64,000 nt of DNA from an archaeon (GCA_021800035.1 JAJYZJ010000002.1:497-64496), one strand, 5' to 3'. Positions 39,272-49,882 are shown, numbered from the stretch's first letter. Made by a program: numbers and translations. The notes: generated from the sequence alone by a model not told the origin.

Positions 39272-40150
39272 TTAGGCGTAGTAGACGCCCGACTTGCGCT
39301 GCATGTCCTGGAGCCTCTTTATCCGCTTTTGAGTGGCGGGATGCGTCGAAAACCAGTCCGCACTCCCTCCGCGGAAAGGATTGCTTATCCACATGGAACT
39401 TGTGGTTGGAGATGCGGTCATGGGAACGCCTCGACGAATATACTGCTCTATCTTGGTCAATGCAGATATCAGATAATCCGGCCGACCCGTAAGCTTGGCA
39501 CTCGCTTCGTCGGCATAAAATTCCCTCCCTCTCGAAATAGCGAGTTGTACCATGGTAGCGGCCACCGGGGCTAGGAGTGCAGCGAATATACCCGCGCCGC
39601 CGCCCCTCCTCCCTCCGCCGCCGAAGAGCATCGAGAAGAAAACTAGGTCTGCCATATAAGTGATCGTAGTGGCCACGGTTGAGGCCGCGGTTGATATCGA
39701 AATATCCCTGTGTATCACGTGACCAACTTCATGAGCCAATACAGCCTTGATTTCGTTGTCATTCATTGTCGAAACCAGCCCCTTCGTGACAACTATGACG
39801 GAATTGTTCTTGCCCCTTCCCGTAGTGAATGCATTAGGCTGAGGCTGATCTGCGAGTGCGAGCCTTGGCGTGGCTATACCTGCAGACTGTGAGATTTCCG
39901 TGAGCGCTGAATAAACATGGGGCAACTCGTTTGCCGATACGAACCTCGCCTTTGACAGCCGGAGCATCATCTGTGGACCGTAGAAATATGAAACTGCATT
40001 CACGATTATCGATATCGCCACCATGACGGCAAGAATAGCCATTGAGCCGAATCCCAGGAAATAGTAGCTTACCACATAACCCACTAGCAACAGGAATGCC
40101 GTGAGAACAGCAAAAAGAGCAGCGAACCTGAGGTATGCAGAAGCTCCCAT
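39272..40150 (-). CDS. htpX: M48-family zinc metalloprotease HtpX
   Basis: HEVGHVIHRD zinc motif, four TM helices, and a GREFYADE third-ligand region. Confidence 0.9.
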   Translation of the reverse strand: MGASAYLRFAALFAVLTAFLLLVGYVVSYYFLGFGSMAILAVMVAISIIVNAVSYFYGPQMMLRLSKARFVSANELPHVYSALTEISQSAGIATPRLALADQPQPNAFTTGRGKNNSVIVVTKGLVSTMNDNEIKAVLAHEVGHVIHRDISISTAASTVATTITYMADLVFFSMLFGGGGRRGGGAGIFAALLAPVAATMVQLAISRGREFYADEASAKLTGRPDYLISALTKIEQYIRRGVPMTASPTTSSMWISNPFRGGSADWFSTHPATQKRIKRLQDMQRKSGVYYA

Positions 40151-40233
40151 ACTATGTTATTTCACACGCCCGGGATTTTTAAATTTGCACATAACGCTTT
40201 GCTTGGGCCGCCGTAGCCGATTCATCGCCACAT

Positions 40234-40716
40234 TCAACCTAATAGCGCCCTAAGTGCGTGGAGAAGCTGTGAGGGTCGAATCGGAAGCAAATTGGCTCCA
40301 GGGAATGCCACCGCAAATAAATCATACACCAATACATCTAGGGCGATATATATAACCGCAGAGAGAACTGCGATCGCAAGTGCCCCTAGCCAACCAGTTT
40401 CGAATACCCCCTTGTATACCGCGAACCATGCTATGATAGCCAGCACCCAGCCAAGCGCAGCCGCCGACCTTACCCCAGTAATATTGCCCAAAAGATAATC
40501 CACGATCAAGTAAACCAAGACGAATACGATTGGACCTAAGAGAGTGGCAACCATCGCCTCACCGATAGTGGATTTTCCCTTTGTGACTACTTTTGCCCCG
40601 AAATACACGGGTATAGAGACTACAACCCAGAGTATGACTAGCGCGATGAGTAACAGAATAAGATTGAACAACGAAATGGACTCAAGAGCACTAAGTAGTA
40701 AGAGCCCCGTGTTCAT
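40234..40716 (-). CDS. hypothetical four-helix membrane protein
   Basis: 160 aa, almost wholly hydrophobic, on the same strand as htpX and upstream of it. Confidence 0.5.
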   Translation of the reverse strand: MNTGLLLLSALESISLFNLILLLIALVILWVVVSIPVYFGAKVVTKGKSTIGEAMVATLLGPIVFVLVYLIVDYLLGNITGVRSAAALGWVLAIIAWFAVYKGVFETGWLGALAIAVLSAVIYIALDVLVYDLFAVAFPGANLLPIRPSQLLHALRALLG

Positions 40717-40845
40717 AATTTTCCACTTGGTTATCGCCGCACTAGCTGATTAATCTTGTTGAATGTTTCATAACAGTGAATCCATTGAGGAAACTCTTGC
40801 CGCTGTTGAAGTATACTCAGCCAACCGGGGCGAGTGTTTCCAGTT

Positions 40846-41379
40846 TTATTTTGCCTGAGCAGCTTCTCTCTTAAACGCAAGATAAGAGAGGTAAGGCGCA
40901 TCTTTACCCCCTTTCCAGAATTCGGCAAATATTTCTCCGTAGTGGTGGATAACCTCAATCGGAATGTGATAAAGCACCCACTCCAGTGACTGAGTAGTAC
41001 TGTGTCCATCTGGGTACTTCCTGATAACAGGTCGCTGAATCGCTTGGGAATCCAGTGTCGCAAACAGAGCCCGGGTTTTTGCATCCACCTCAAGAGAATA
41101 CTTCTCAATTGCTTCAATACTTTTGAAATCCTCGAATCTGACTGGACTCTCTGTATCCATCCCTGCAGCTCTGTAGTGAAGCCAGTTGTCCTCTACGCTT
41201 ACTGTGTGCAGAAACGTGTCCTTTATGCTATAGAAACTGAGCTCGCGATTCCTAACAAACTCATCAAACGGCATTTCTCGAAACGCATGGAATAGCTTCC
41301 TCCTTTCTGCCTTGAAATAGTCAAAGAGTTCTGCGTAACCCAGCACTTTGAACCCTCCTAGTATGTTGGCACTTCTCAT
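40846..41379 (-). CDS. DinB-family four-helix-bundle protein
   Basis: Its length and the motifs FLHTVSVEDNWL and HHYGEI (His ligands) are typical of the DinB/YfiT-like fold. Confidence 0.6.
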   Translation of the reverse strand: MRSANILGGFKVLGYAELFDYFKAERRKLFHAFREMPFDEFVRNRELSFYSIKDTFLHTVSVEDNWLHYRAAGMDTESPVRFEDFKSIEAIEKYSLEVDAKTRALFATLDSQAIQRPVIRKYPDGHSTTQSLEWVLYHIPIEVIHHYGEIFAEFWKGGKDAPYLSYLAFKREAAQAK

Positions 41380-41434
41380 AACACTTTCTCTTCGGACCGA
41401 GCACAGGTCCCAACTTTCCCCTACTTCTCAGCGC

Positions 41435-43258
41435 CTATAGTTCCGAAACGCTACGGTCCAATAATGGCCTGACCCGCATCAACTCCGAAGTGCTCCATGC
41501 CTGCGCGATACATCCCCTCGAAATGTGCGGTGACTGACCATCGAATATCTCGGGAACTAATCCCTGATTTTCACTCGCTAGGCGGTATAAAGGTTCGAAT
41601 ATTCTTCGTGCAAATTGTAGCTCACCGGGAAGGTAGTTCGCACATGAATCCACATATGCCCCGATAAGCCAAGGCCAGACAGTACCATTATGATAAGCAG
41701 CGTCTCTCTGCTTCCTGCTTCCAGTGTACACTGGTTTATACCCTGGATCCTTTGGGCTGAGCGTGCGCAATCCAAAGGATGTGAGCAAATGTTCACGGCA
41801 CGTGACTATAACTTTGACCGCGGTTTCTCTGGAAACCATACCGTCCACGAGTGAAGTCGCAAAGAGCATATTTGGGCGTATTTGCGGTGTTGCTGACTGG
41901 TCTAGTCCCAGGACATCACATAATCCGAAGCTGGACGAGAACTTCCTTTCGAACGCCCCGCGGAACTTTAACCATTCCTCACCCAGCGCTTCCCTGTCTT
42001 TCTCGGTCTCCTCAAGTTTCGCGAGCCCGGCCAGAAGCGAACCCCAAAGGGCATTGACTTCCACCGCGTAGCCCGTCCTTGGCGTATAGTACACCCCCTC
42101 GAAGGCGCCGTCCATCCATGTAGCGCCAGGGGTGGTGTGACTCAGTAGGTGATCCTTAACCGTCGCGCCAAACTTCCCGCCTTGATTGTAACCGTCCAGG
42201 ATTTTCACCAAATATGGAAGATATTTACCTTTGAACCCTTGGTTTCCAGTTAGTTGTTGAATTGCGATTACAGCGTTGGCCGCCCAGAGAGACGAGTCGA
42301 CCGACGTGAAATAGGGCCGCCCCTTCCACTCATCGAACCCAGTTGGGATAAAACCTCCTTCCATTGCTCCAAAGTAGCGGTCAAGAATAGATTCAGCAAT
42401 CTTCAGGTCGCCACCGCGCTGAACATAGGTTGGAAGAAAGATCATTGAGTCCCTACACCAGTCCCAGAACCAGTGATAGCCCGCAACCACCAAGCTACCG
42501 GTTGAGTTTCCGACTAGGAAGTAATCAAGTGGAAAGTCCGTTTTCCGGAGCTCGACAGGGGAGATACATGGCTCGACCTCTGCTACTAGCCTTGCCTCCT
42601 TGCCAGAATGCGTGAATTCTCCCGGGCTATACAGGTCCTCAATGGCGTTCCCCCCGCGTTCAACTTCTTCTTCGTATAGAAAATTATAGTACCATACAGG
42701 ATTTGGAGTGAAGACTCCCCCTTGGAAAGATAATCTGAGGGAGCCTGGCCACCCCCCTTCTTCCGATACCCGAACCGACTCACCACGGTCCGTCTTGAAT
42801 TTCGAGGGGCCCCACTGCCGAGTTCCGTGATGCGACCTGAAACTGAGCAGTGGTCGGAGATTTAGCTCAAAATCGTTTTGCGACGAGTATCTGACCTGAA
42901 TTCTCTCAGTTTCGCGACTGAACTCAACTTCCTTGAGGATATGACAGCCGGCAACAAGGTATAGCCACCAAACTCTTCCATCTGACCACTCCGACGCGAG
43001 CAGCCTGGTTAATCCGTCTGGGTATGTTACGTCTTTATATCTGTGGCTTGAAATCGCGAATACTTCAGACCCAATACGCACATATTCTTCAAGCGTGTTC
43101 AGTAACTGAAACCGGTCGCCTCCTGTTATCGAAGCCGAATTGAGCAGTCCGTGATAGGAGCGGGTATTAATCCCTGAAAGGGTGCCTGATGCGTAGCCGC
43201 CATAGGCATTAGTGAGCAGCCACTCCGAAGAGTGCTCCACCATATCAGCACAGCACAC
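41435..43258 (-). CDS. archaeal-type glycogen debranching enzyme (amylo-alpha-1,6-glucosidase family)
   Basis: N-terminus EWLLTNAYGGYASGTLSGINTRSYHGLL and a C-terminal (alpha/alpha)6 region ending AQAWSTSELMRV. Confidence 0.9.
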   Translation of the reverse strand: MCCADMVEHSSEWLLTNAYGGYASGTLSGINTRSYHGLLNSASITGGDRFQLLNTLEEYVRIGSEVFAISSHRYKDVTYPDGLTRLLASEWSDGRVWWLYLVAGCHILKEVEFSRETERIQVRYSSQNDFELNLRPLLSFRSHHGTRQWGPSKFKTDRGESVRVSEEGGWPGSLRLSFQGGVFTPNPVWYYNFLYEEEVERGGNAIEDLYSPGEFTHSGKEARLVAEVEPCISPVELRKTDFPLDYFLVGNSTGSLVVAGYHWFWDWCRDSMIFLPTYVQRGGDLKIAESILDRYFGAMEGGFIPTGFDEWKGRPYFTSVDSSLWAANAVIAIQQLTGNQGFKGKYLPYLVKILDGYNQGGKFGATVKDHLLSHTTPGATWMDGAFEGVYYTPRTGYAVEVNALWGSLLAGLAKLEETEKDREALGEEWLKFRGAFERKFSSSFGLCDVLGLDQSATPQIRPNMLFATSLVDGMVSRETAVKVIVTCREHLLTSFGLRTLSPKDPGYKPVYTGSRKQRDAAYHNGTVWPWLIGAYVDSCANYLPGELQFARRIFEPLYRLASENQGLVPEIFDGQSPHISRGCIAQAWSTSELMRVRPLLDRSVSEL

Positions 43259-43507
43259 GCTTGCCTGCTAATATAAGATTATGATGACCTCCCGTTGATG
43301 AGGCAAGAGGGTCTTCCACCCCGTTAGTGATAAATTGAGCTGAAAAACAACTTGCGGCCAGCTCAGCTCTCCGAGATTGAGCCAGCGACGTTTGATATTT
43401 ATTACGGCCAGAGTGGAGTGTAAGATAGCGACCTACTGCAGAAGCTGAAAGCTGGCTACCGCCGCGAAACACCCCTACGATGACCCCTTTTCGCCGAATC
43501 GAGCTAA

Positions 43508-45040
43508 CTATCGAACCACGTGATGGGCCATTAGCGCAAGTATGGCTATCTCAATCATCGAAGCTGACAGAAGCACCTCGAGCTCTCGCATTCCACCCAG
43601 TCCCAGCAAAAGTGCCACGTAATAAGCTGCAACAGGAATTACGAACACAATCCCGTTTGTGATGCTGTAGACCAGATTCATGAGCATGGTAGTGGTCCCC
43701 ATAGCCATGTGACGAATCATATAGGAGAAATAGATTGCAGAAAGCAAAGTTGACGCCAATAACGGCGCGAGCAACGCATAGACTGGAAGTATAAAGTCCG
43801 CTGCAGCCGTTATCCGGGACAGCATGACAACCAACAAAGTCGCCGCGACGGCATAGAACCCGCAGGTAACGACAACCTTGCTTCCAATATTGACAAACAC
43901 GGATATTGGGAGCATCTTAAAGTAAGCGTATCCCTTGAGCTCGGAAAAATACAGGGCATACGGAATATAAGAAACAGAGAACGCCATGGGAACCACGAAC
44001 TGAAGAAAGGCCACGTCGAATGTCACGCTCCCTGACCCAAGCCCAACCTGCACCACCGAAACAAGGAGGAGGACGACAAACACTAGAGGGAGTAGAAACA
44101 CTCCGACTAATCTGGGAGACCTGAAAAGCTGCCTAATATCGTTTCTGATTATGGCGATCACCGGAGAGCGAAGAGTGACAGAAAATTCTCCTGTATTGCT
44201 GGTTGTCCCAACGTAGGGAGATAAGAGCAATAGCGAGCTTCGTTTGAACGAAAAGTAGCCGGTCAATGCGAACAAAGCTGCGTAAATCATGCTGAAAATG
44301 GTCGCGGGCAGACTCCCTCCAGCCAGCGCCGAGAAGTTTAAGACAGGTACATAGGGAAGCGAACTTCCGAGCCAGCTGAAGTTAGCGCGAATCAACGTTG
44401 GTGAAGCCACCGACAAAAGAATAACAGGAAGAATTGCGAGCACACGCACCAGGCTCGCGCCGCGGCTGAACCTGGAATACCTCCTAAAGACGTTGATAAG
44501 TAATGCGATACCCAAGAGACCAAGAGATATGGCCGCAACCGCAGAAAGCAAGCCGGCTATTGCAACTCTAACCCCCATGAGGAATGATGTGAACGCAAGC
44601 ACAAACAGCGCAACCAAAAGCGGCAGATCCATTGTCTTCAGGAAGGCCCGAGTCGCGTAGTGCTCAATCTTATCTTGGGTAAGTGGGAGCACATTCAGAA
44701 CATCCCTTATCTGCGGACCAGCCGATGCACCATAAGACAGCTGCACTCCTGAAACGAACACGAAAAGAAATATACCCACGAACGCCACTATCGGCATCGC
44801 GCTATAGAACGAGGGCCCGCTAACATACGTCGCAAACATTGAAACTGCGAATATTAATCCATAAATCGCGGCGAAAATTCTTTTGGAGTTTTGTGAACTC
44901 CGAATTGCCCTCTTTGCATGGGGAGGAGAAAGACCGCTCAACCTGTTCGCAGAGTAACCCTGAAACAGTATCTCGCGATACACGTAATCTTCAACTTTTG
45001 GCCGACTGGCCTTAAATCTGTCAGTAGGCTCTGCCGTCAC
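43508..45040 (-). CDS. polytopic membrane protein, probable permease partner of the upstream ABC ATPase
   Basis: About 12-14 TM helices. It lies 76 nt downstream of the ATPase gene on the same strand. Family not recognised. Confidence 0.6.
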   Translation of the reverse strand: MTAEPTDRFKASRPKVEDYVYREILFQGYSANRLSGLSPPHAKRAIRSSQNSKRIFAAIYGLIFAVSMFATYVSGPSFYSAMPIVAFVGIFLFVFVSGVQLSYGASAGPQIRDVLNVLPLTQDKIEHYATRAFLKTMDLPLLVALFVLAFTSFLMGVRVAIAGLLSAVAAISLGLLGIALLINVFRRYSRFSRGASLVRVLAILPVILLSVASPTLIRANFSWLGSSLPYVPVLNFSALAGGSLPATIFSMIYAALFALTGYFSFKRSSLLLLSPYVGTTSNTGEFSVTLRSPVIAIIRNDIRQLFRSPRLVGVFLLPLVFVVLLLVSVVQVGLGSGSVTFDVAFLQFVVPMAFSVSYIPYALYFSELKGYAYFKMLPISVFVNIGSKVVVTCGFYAVAATLLVVMLSRITAAADFILPVYALLAPLLASTLLSAIYFSYMIRHMAMGTTTMLMNLVYSITNGIVFVIPVAAYYVALLLGLGGMRELEVLLSASMIEIAILALMAHHVVR

Positions 45041-45116
45041 TGGTTCAAGGACAACCTCTCATAAATAAAAGATGCAAAAAAAGCCCGGGTGAGGAATTAT
45101 GACCTTCACGGGTGAT

Positions 45117-45881
45117 TCAACCCAACCCCTTGATGATTCCGCTGATTTCTTGCTCTAGGTTAGTCGCCTTTAGGAAAACCTCTTCGAGGGTTGAGCCTCT
45201 GATAGTCGCCTTTAACTGGTCAACGGTACCTTCTGCGACCATCTTGCCTTTATCAATTATTCCCACACGCGTGCAAATTCGTTCTGCGACCTCCATAATG
45301 TGTGTTGAAAATAGGACAGCCCCCCCTTTTTCTGCCTGGTTCAATATCAAGTCCTTGAATATTGCGACCGACCTGACATCCAGACCGTTGAAAGGCTCAT
45401 CAAGTATGAGAAGTTTGGGTTCGTGCATCAGTGCAGTTATCATTGCAACTTTCTGCTTGTTGCCCATGGAAAGTGCAGCAATAGGGGTATCCACATATTC
45501 TCCGAGCTCTAGTGCATCGACAAGCACCTTGACGCGTTTTTCATCCTTGAGCTTTCTCACGGAGCCTACGAACTCGAAGAACTCGTTCGGAGTGAGAGAA
45601 TCGAAGAGCACCGGACTCTCGAGCACGGTGCCCACCAAGGACTTTACTTCAACTGCCTCATTGCGTACGTCTCGACCATATACTGACACGCTACCTCCCT
45701 CCATGTCCACGAGGCCGATCATCGCCTTGATTGTCGAAGTTTTCCCTGCACCGTTTGGTCCAAGTAATCCGTAGATTTCACCGCGACCCACCTCGAACGT
45801 AAGACCATCCACGGCTTTCTTTGGGCCGTACCTTACAAGCAAGTTAAGCACACGAACGGGCACGGCCTCGGCGGAAAGCAT
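45117..45881 (-). CDS. ABC transporter ATP-binding protein
   Basis: Walker A GPNGAGKTS, signature LSMGNKQKV, Walker B LLILDEPFNGLD. Confidence 0.9.
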   Translation of the reverse strand: MLSAEAVPVRVLNLLVRYGPKKAVDGLTFEVGRGEIYGLLGPNGAGKTSTIKAMIGLVDMEGGSVSVYGRDVRNEAVEVKSLVGTVLESPVLFDSLTPNEFFEFVGSVRKLKDEKRVKVLVDALELGEYVDTPIAALSMGNKQKVAMITALMHEPKLLILDEPFNGLDVRSVAIFKDLILNQAEKGGAVLFSTHIMEVAERICTRVGIIDKGKMVAEGTVDQLKATIRGSTLEEVFLKATNLEQEISGIIKGLG

Positions 45882-46075
45882 TACGCATCCCGCAGAGGGC
45901 CACTACTTAAGGCTTGGTTGAAACCATAACAAGAGAGCTAAGGGGTTTGACTGCCTGACAATCACTTTCATCCAAACTCAGGTGCTGCAGTGACAGCGAC
46001 TGGGTGAGCTGAGAAACTAGATGGTTTTCCAGTAAGAGATTTACCCCACTCGTAGCTTGCAATATGGCCAAACAT

Positions 46076-47923
46076 TCAAACAAGTGCTAAAGAGCCCACT
46101 TTACCCTCGGTAGTGAACTCATTCACTGCAGAAATAAAGGAGGCATGACTCCATGTCAATGGTGTCACGGAGGCCGAGCGATAATTTTCTGAGCTGACCT
46201 GCTCAGGCAGTAACCCCGTTGAGGTCGCGCGCTGAGATACCCATTCGATGTATTTGTATGCGTCTACGAAACGTCCGCCGGCCATAAGCGCCTGTGCCAG
46301 CCAGAGGGTGGAAATCATCCAAGGATTCTCAAACCCCCAGTAAGTGTCTCCCTCATAACGCGCTATGCCCGACCCCTTTGACAGTTTACGCTCCAAGTTA
46401 GCTACCAAGGCCCTTCCTTCTGCCGAGGCAGGGGACAGCAGTCCGAAGTTTATTAGGAACAACATAGAAGAATCCACTCTTCGGTCATCGGTATCCAGAA
46501 GACGAGCGGGCAATCCGTCTTTAATGTCGGCTAACAACTGCTTCTGAAGTATTCGTGCAGTTTCAGACCATCCTCTCCTGTCTTTACCCAGCGCATCGCC
46601 GATTCTCTCCGCAGAGAAAAGCCCCTGGCAAACGGACGCCAAGGTATACACGTGCACCCCGTAACTCTCTTCCCAAAGGTCATAGGACGGAGCCAGCTTT
46701 CCGCCTGCCATGCGACTCACGAGGAAGTTCGCGGAATTTCTTACCATTGGCCATAGTTGCAGCAAGCTCGCGACGTCACTCGAATACTTGTAGTACGCGT
46801 ACACAGCGAGGGGCATGGCCGCGGTTTGGTCCAGCTGTATGAACGGTTTTCTGTGCCAAGTGGATCCCCATGAGCCGTCCGCCCGGTGCCTGTGGTAGAA
46901 ATACCCTTCAGGCGCCTGATTTCTCGCAGCAAACTTCAGAAACCTGAGCGCCGAGCTCCACATTCCAACTTCGCTGAATGCGATGGTCGCATACGCGGCA
47001 TCACGCCACCAGCAATATGCATAGGAGTCACCGCTGAAGCGTGCGCTCATTGAATCCAAGGAAGCAATTACTGCGCCTTCCGCGTCCGTGGAGTTTTCCA
47101 GGACATACATTGAACTCATGTAGACTGACCTTATCTTTTGAGGCAGTCCGGAATCAAGTCGCGGCCTGTGCTTTGCCCAAGAGGACCAGTAGGCCCGAGA
47201 TTCCTCGAAAACTTTGGCGAAATCCTTGGAGTATAAGTAGCTCAGTTCCGAGCTTACTTCATTCAAGCTCCTTCCGGCAATCAAAACATAATATCCGCTC
47301 TTCCACTCGGTTTCAAGCCGAAGCTCTAACTCGATGGTTGAGTCGGCGGAGCCGTGTGACACCTCGCTGCGCCTGAGCGAGCCATCTTCTGCGTCGACAA
47401 AAGTTCCGAGGAGTCCATGTACGGTGTGTTCCCCACAGGCGTAATTTGAAAAATTTGGTACGCAGTGTATCAGAAAGAAATATCCATTCTTAAAGTGGAC
47501 AAGACTGTGATTATCGGGGTCGTAAAAGACTGTTTCTCCGTAATAAGTTTCGTTTATATTTAGACGGTTGTAGAAGAAGAGCTTAGCGGTACCTTGTGAG
47601 CCGCCTCTATAAGAAAAACGCCTGATAAAGACATTCCTCTGGGGATGGACTATGTCGCTGTATTCAAGCGAAAGGCCCTCTAATTCCATGTTAGTTTTAA
47701 GCACCAATTCTTCAGTATAAGATTGCTCAGAGTGCGCGTGGTCCGAATGAGGCGGGAACCAGCTGAACTTCCCATTAAGGAAGGAGCCCGCTCTAAACTG
47801 TGACATGTGCTGCCACATGCCCACGTGAGGAAAGTACAAGTGCAAAATGTTTCCATAGCGGTCGAAAACGAACGTTAGAGTGCTGTTGCCCAACACCGCA
47901 TGGGGTTTCCCTTCAGAGGGCAC
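46076..47923 (-). CDS. GH15-family glycoside hydrolase (glucoamylase/glucodextranase-like)
   Basis: YAYCWWRDAAY, LWEESYGVH and the C-terminal PLTWSHASF are the GH15 catalytic-domain hallmarks. They are preceded by a beta-sandwich N-domain. Confidence 0.9.
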   Translation of the reverse strand: MPSEGKPHAVLGNSTLTFVFDRYGNILHLYFPHVGMWQHMSQFRAGSFLNGKFSWFPPHSDHAHSEQSYTEELVLKTNMELEGLSLEYSDIVHPQRNVFIRRFSYRGGSQGTAKLFFYNRLNINETYYGETVFYDPDNHSLVHFKNGYFFLIHCVPNFSNYACGEHTVHGLLGTFVDAEDGSLRRSEVSHGSADSTIELELRLETEWKSGYYVLIAGRSLNEVSSELSYLYSKDFAKVFEESRAYWSSWAKHRPRLDSGLPQKIRSVYMSSMYVLENSTDAEGAVIASLDSMSARFSGDSYAYCWWRDAAYATIAFSEVGMWSSALRFLKFAARNQAPEGYFYHRHRADGSWGSTWHRKPFIQLDQTAAMPLAVYAYYKYSSDVASLLQLWPMVRNSANFLVSRMAGGKLAPSYDLWEESYGVHVYTLASVCQGLFSAERIGDALGKDRRGWSETARILQKQLLADIKDGLPARLLDTDDRRVDSSMLFLINFGLLSPASAEGRALVANLERKLSKGSGIARYEGDTYWGFENPWMISTLWLAQALMAGGRFVDAYKYIEWVSQRATSTGLLPEQVSSENYRSASVTPLTWSHASFISAVNEFTTEGKVGSLALV

Positions 47924-47980
47924 GGGTCACCATTCTCGAGGCCTCATTTAAGAGTATGATTCTAAAATTCGTGACTGCTA

Positions 47981-48580
47981 TTAAACAATTGCAGTAAGGA
48001 ATTTTAAGAAAAAATAGGCGCCGAAGCCCACCAATATCAGGCCAGACATTATCTTTACATATTTCGTAAGGGCCAAAAACTGTTGCCTGAAATAGCTCAA
48101 GAGCGAGATATAGCATACGAGCCATGTGAAAATTCCGGAAAAAAAACCGCCAGCGAAACTCAATCCAAACAGCGAGGACAGGGGGAGCCCAACTGTGATC
48201 CACCAACCTATCTGCAATGGATTAGTAATACCTACCGTCAAACCTTTCAAATATCCCCCCGCGCCCTGTCCCCTGAGCATGTTTCTTGTAGCCGGCTCTG
48301 GTCCCTGATGTAACGACGTTCCAAGGTAAAACAAAAAAGCTGCGCCGAGAGGATAAAGCACCCGCACCAGATCAATCTGCCCAAGCACTCTCGTTCCTGT
48401 GAAAAAAACGGCAAGAAAGAAAATGCCATCCGCGGATGCAGCTCCGAGACCAACCAACATTGCGGCAATGGATGATTTCCTGAGGACATCGTTGAGAATC
48501 ATGATGTTTATTGGCCCTGGTGGCGCCGCCAAGGAAATTCCGAGTGCATAGGCTGCTGCTGTAGATTCAATAAGTGACAA
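47981..48580 (-). CDS. LysE/RhtB-family amino-acid exporter
   Basis: N-terminal LGISLAAPPGPIN motif, six TM helices, ~200 aa. Confidence 0.8.
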   Translation of the reverse strand: MSLIESTAAAYALGISLAAPPGPINIMILNDVLRKSSIAAMLVGLGAASADGIFFLAVFFTGTRVLGQIDLVRVLYPLGAAFLFYLGTSLHQGPEPATRNMLRGQGAGGYLKGLTVGITNPLQIGWWITVGLPLSSLFGLSFAGGFFSGIFTWLVCYISLLSYFRQQFLALTKYVKIMSGLILVGFGAYFFLKFLTAIV

Positions 48581-48583
48581 TAA

Positions 48584-49042
48584 CTATTCACCGATGAGGG
48601 TAAGGTGCACTTTACGACGACTTCGCTTGGAGTCCGTCTCTAAGAGAAATAGGCCCTCACCAGGAGGAAAGAGCTTTCTTGAATAAATCGGGAGAGTCAC
48701 GAATCCAAATGCGTTTGCAAGATACTGAGCTGATTGAAGATCTCTCAATATAACGTGAGCCGCTGCGGTTGTACAGGTAACAACCATTGCTGCATCGCCC
48801 TGGACCGCGACAATCATGATGCCGTTTGTCAGCTTCGAACTTCTGATCGCCCAAGTTACGAACTCAGCGAGGCTAACGACCTTCTGCTTCTTGGTCGAAA
48901 AAATACGCGAGTAGTGCATCTGACGCAATTGAGGCGCAGATATAATGGCTGCGGGATTTAACGCTTGTCGAAGCATTGAGATAGACGGTTGCGGTATGGG
49001 GCGAGTCCAGCAGTCACTGACCGGGTTTACCGCAGCCCCCAA
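48584..49042 (-). CDS. hypothetical protein co-oriented with the LysE exporter
   Basis: 152-aa ORF ending 3 nt before the LysE start. No recognised motif, and the start is uncertain. Confidence 0.4.
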   Translation of the reverse strand: MGAAVNPVSDCWTRPIPQPSISMLRQALNPAAIISAPQLRQMHYSRIFSTKKQKVVSLAEFVTWAIRSSKLTNGIMIVAVQGDAAMVVTCTTAAAHVILRDLQSAQYLANAFGFVTLPIYSRKLFPPGEGLFLLETDSKRSRRKVHLTLIGE

Positions 49043-49132
49043 TGGGCTGAGATGTGCCGAAACTCAATTCGCATGATGTTGCTGGTTTAGTTGGGGATCG
49101 ATCCTGTTCTCAGTAAAATTCAGATAAACGCC

Positions 49133-49882
49133 TCATATTGAGGCAGGGGTCTTCTGAATTTCATAACCCTTCGACTCAATCACATCAGCCAAGCTCGCAT
49201 CACCGGACTTTACTATCTTGCCATCTATCAGGATGTGCACATAGTCAGGCTTGACGTGCTTGAGTATTCTCTGATAATGCGTTATTAATATCATGCCAAG
49301 AGAGGGACCCTTCATATTATTGATGGCCTCCGAAACAAGCTTCAATGCGTCTACGTCTAATCCGGAATCGGTTTCATCAAGAATTGCAAACCTGGGGTTT
49401 GCGATCATCAATTGCAGAATCTCTGCCCTCTTCTTTTCACCACCTGAAAATCCTTCGTTCAGCGAGCGAGAAAGAAAAGAATCGCTGAGTTCTAGTCGCG
49501 AAAGATCTTTTCTGGCTTGAGCATAAAACTGGCTAACCGGGGTCTTGTCGCTCCTAAGTTCAGTCGAAAGTGTACGAAGGAAACTCCCAAGTCTTAGCCC
49601 AGGAATTTCGACTGGGTATTGGAAGCCTAGGAAAATACCTAGTTTCGCCCGCTGGTCCGTTTTGAGTTTCAGTATGCTCTGGCCGTCAAGCCGGATGTCA
49701 CCATGTGTAACCAAATATCTTGGATGGCCCAAAATAACGTAGGACAGACTGGTCTTGCCAGAGCCATTCGGGCCCATAATTGCGTGTAGTTCTCCCTGTC
49801 GAACCTTCAAATCAAGACCGTTGAGGATTTGTTTATCCCCCACTTTGGCATGTAAATCAATTATCTCAAGTTCAGAGGTCAT
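49133..49882 (-). CDS. sufC: Fe-S cluster assembly ATPase SufC
   Basis: GPNGSGKTS, FSGGEKKRAEILQL and FAILDETDSGLD. ATG 49882 (MTSELEIIDL) lies ~33 nt after a TATA-like CCTTATATC. The track ORF extends to 49972. Confidence 0.9.
   Translation of the reverse strand: MTSELEIIDLHAKVGDKQILNGLDLKVRQGELHAIMGPNGSGKTSLSYVILGHPRYLVTHGDIRLDGQSILKLKTDQRAKLGIFLGFQYPVEIPGLRLGSFLRTLSTELRSDKTPVSQFYAQARKDLSRLELSDSFLSRSLNEGFSGGEKKRAEILQLMIANPRFAILDETDSGLDVDALKLVSEAINNMKGPSLGMILITHYQRILKHVKPDYVHILIDGKIVKSGDASLADVIESKGYEIQKTPASI

Noticed and set aside
45112-45774. 220-aa plus-strand ORF antisense to the ABC ATPase gene
   Set aside because: The product is a Ser/Thr/Pro-rich low-complexity translation. The minus strand has complete Walker A, signature and Walker B motifs.
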